53,656 bases of DNA. It comes from Candidatus Dojkabacteria bacterium. Its GTDB lineage: Bacteria > Patescibacteriota > Dojkabacteria > SC72. Below are positions 52,242 to 53,656 of this stretch, one piece after another. Positions within the stretch are counted from its first letter, which is position 1; each line of letters begins with the position of its first letter. The position numbers and the translations under genes were made by a program. The stretch is from positions 1-53,656 of the forward strand of contig JAVEVH010000003.1 of NCBI GenBank assembly GCA_034005145.1, written 5' to 3'. Below the pieces are notes generated by a model. The model was not told where the DNA came from, made no database searches, and worked only from the letters and a program-made list of their open reading frames with translations.

Positions 52242-52934
52242 TTATCTTGTTAAATCAAGATAAAGGCTCTCAAGCACTAATCTCCTATTACCATTGGCTT
52301 CTACTTTTCTCTTTGCATTTACTACTTTACCAATATCATTATAGATTTTTTTTACATCTACTCCCTCTCCTATTTTACTCTCTAAGTTCTTCTGAAGATG
52401 TAATTCTAAGTTCCTAAGTAAGAGTAATGTATCATCTCTCTCTTTGGAAATACCTTCTATTCTCTCAAAAGCTTGTAAAAGGTCAAGCTCAAATATATTA
52501 TCATACTCTAATTCAACCTCCCTTTCATCTTTTGTATATACCTTAAAACATCTGGAAAGGACTGTAGGTAGTAAATTCTTCTCATTACTGGTAGTAAGTA
52601 TATATACAGTGGTGTCAGTACTCTCTTCTAATGTTTTTAGTAAAGAATTTTGTGCCTGTGGAGTTAATTTCTCAGAATTAAATATTAACCCTACCTGAGC
52701 TTTCTCTTTAAAAGGAGTATACATCATTTCTTTTTGAAACTCTTTTACATCCTCTATACCAATACTCTTTACATTATCACTTACTAGAGTATGGATATCT
52801 GGGTTTTTACTATTAAAGAGATCTTCATTTATATCCCTCTGCCATAGCCTATTTAGAAGAATCTTTACTCCCTCCTTTATATTTTTCTCATTATTGCCTA
52901 CAATTAAGTATGTCATTATGGTACATTTTACCAT
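52242..52934 (-). CDS. holB: DNA polymerase III delta-prime-like clamp-loader subunit (short, P-loop degenerate)
   Basis: AQNSLLKTLEE ... VYILTTSNEKNLLPTVLSRCF blocks. Only ~225 aa. The N-terminus YLIVGNNEKN replaces the usual GxxGxGK. An alternative start exists at 52916. Confidence 0.65.
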   Translation of the reverse strand: MVKCTIMTYLIVGNNEKNIKEGVKILLNRLWQRDINEDLFNSKNPDIHTLVSDNVKSIGIEDVKEFQKEMMYTPFKEKAQVGLIFNSEKLTPQAQNSLLKTLEESTDTTVYILTTSNEKNLLPTVLSRCFKVYTKDEREVELEYDNIFELDLLQAFERIEGISKERDDTLLLLRNLELHLQKNLESKIGEGVDVKKIYNDIGKVVNAKRKVEANGNRRLVLESLYLDLTR

Positions 52935-52958
52935 ATATTTGATGTAATTTGATTAAAA

Positions 52959-53656
52959 ATGTTAATGGAATTAGAGGTAAAAGAGTTGTTACAAGGAGAT
53001 ATCTTAGATACTTTTGTTAAACAATCCCCTACTTCAAATTTCATGCAATCATGGAATTGGAGTAAGTATCAACAGGAGGGTTTAGGAAGAAAAACATTTA
53101 GATTAGGTTTTTATAGTGGTGAACAACTTGTTGCTATAGCTATATGCTACGAAGTATCTCAAACATTTGGAAAATATCTCTACTGCTCTAGAGGCCCTAT
53201 TCTAAAAGAACTAGATCCCAACCTATATACCCAAGTATTGAATTCTTTAAAAAAATATTTTGAGGGTAAAGAGTATATCTTCTTAAAAATAGATCCTAGT
53301 ATTGAAGAAAAAAATGAAATATCCCAAATTCCCCTCTCCTTAGGTTTTAAAAAATGTATTAACTATGTACAACCTGAAACACCATGGTTTACTGATTTAA
53401 AGGGAAATACAGAAGAAGAACTCTTAGATTGGTGCAAGGAAAACGGTATGGGTAAGAACTACCCTACATATATTCGTAAAGCGAAAAGGTCTGGTGTTAC
53501 AGTAAGATTTTCAAAAGAGTTACCAGATTGGAAACTGTTTACTCACTACCTTCATAACAGTGCAGATGTAAAAGATTTTGTAATTAATGGAGCTGATTAT
53601 TACCTTAAACAATTAAGATATTTAGGCGAGAATGGTGAAATACGCTTAGCTATTGC
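52959..53656 (+). CDS. FemAB family peptidoglycan interpeptide-bridge peptidyltransferase (3' end outside the window)
   Basis: An open frame from the ATG at 52959 runs to the window end, which is why it is absent from the ORF track. N-terminus FMQSWNWSKYQQEGLGRKTFRLGFYSGEQLVAIAICYEV is typical of FemAB/FemX. Confidence 0.7.
   Translation, partial: MLMELEVKELLQGDILDTFVKQSPTSNFMQSWNWSKYQQEGLGRKTFRLGFYSGEQLVAIAICYEVSQTFGKYLYCSRGPILKELDPNLYTQVLNSLKKYFEGKEYIFLKIDPSIEEKNEISQIPLSLGFKKCINYVQPETPWFTDLKGNTEEELLDWCKENGMGKNYPTYIRKAKRSGVTVRFSKELPDWKLFTHYLHNSADVKDFVINGADYYLKQLRYLGENGEIRLAI

Overview
Low-GC (about one third G+C by eye), very tightly packed bacterial chromosome segment. It uses standard stop codons, including TGA. 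The gene content suggests a Candidate Phyla Radiation / Patescibacteria-like genome, but that is inference. Supporting traits are an archaeal-type AMP phosphorylase plus ribose-1,5-bisphosphate isomerase pair, a truncated holB, and ribosomal proteins with extensions. Others are Gram-positive-type wall genes (sortase, VanY, FemAB), many orphan ORFs and almost no Shine-Dalgarno sequences. From 0 to 31 kb there is mostly + strand housekeeping: cca, a beta-CASP nuclease, AMP-salvage genes, ychF, rpsF-ssb-rpsR, Ctp and HtrA proteases, and dnaB. tRNA-Leu(CAA), lspA, rluD, a TraD/VirD4-like ATPase, yebC and ruvCAB follow, with a - strand block rpmE-prfA-prmC plus hsp20. From 31.1 to 46.5 kb lies a mixed-orientation accessory, cell-envelope segment. 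It opens with a 459-bp noncoding spacer carrying a C-rich heptamer array and an insertion-bearing Xer-like tyrosine recombinase. It then holds a repeat-rich 664-aa protein, a 1213-aa polytopic GT-C-like protein and two GT2 enzymes. It also holds two paralogous exported proteins (one compositionally foreign), an orphan NYN gene, VanY, a sortase and a mini-substrate. From 46.6 to 52.9 kb the - strand carries holB-like, gyrB, two orphan acidic ORFs and gyrA, followed by a partial FemAB gene. The best candidates for something undescribed are four. First, the two acidic proteins wedged between gyrB and gyrA. Second, the tandem orphan paralogs between yebC and ruvC. Third, the recombinase-adjacent heptamer array. 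Fourth, the duplicated secreted-domain pair with a foreign-looking copy. I found no CRISPR array, rRNA, transposase or reverse transcriptase.
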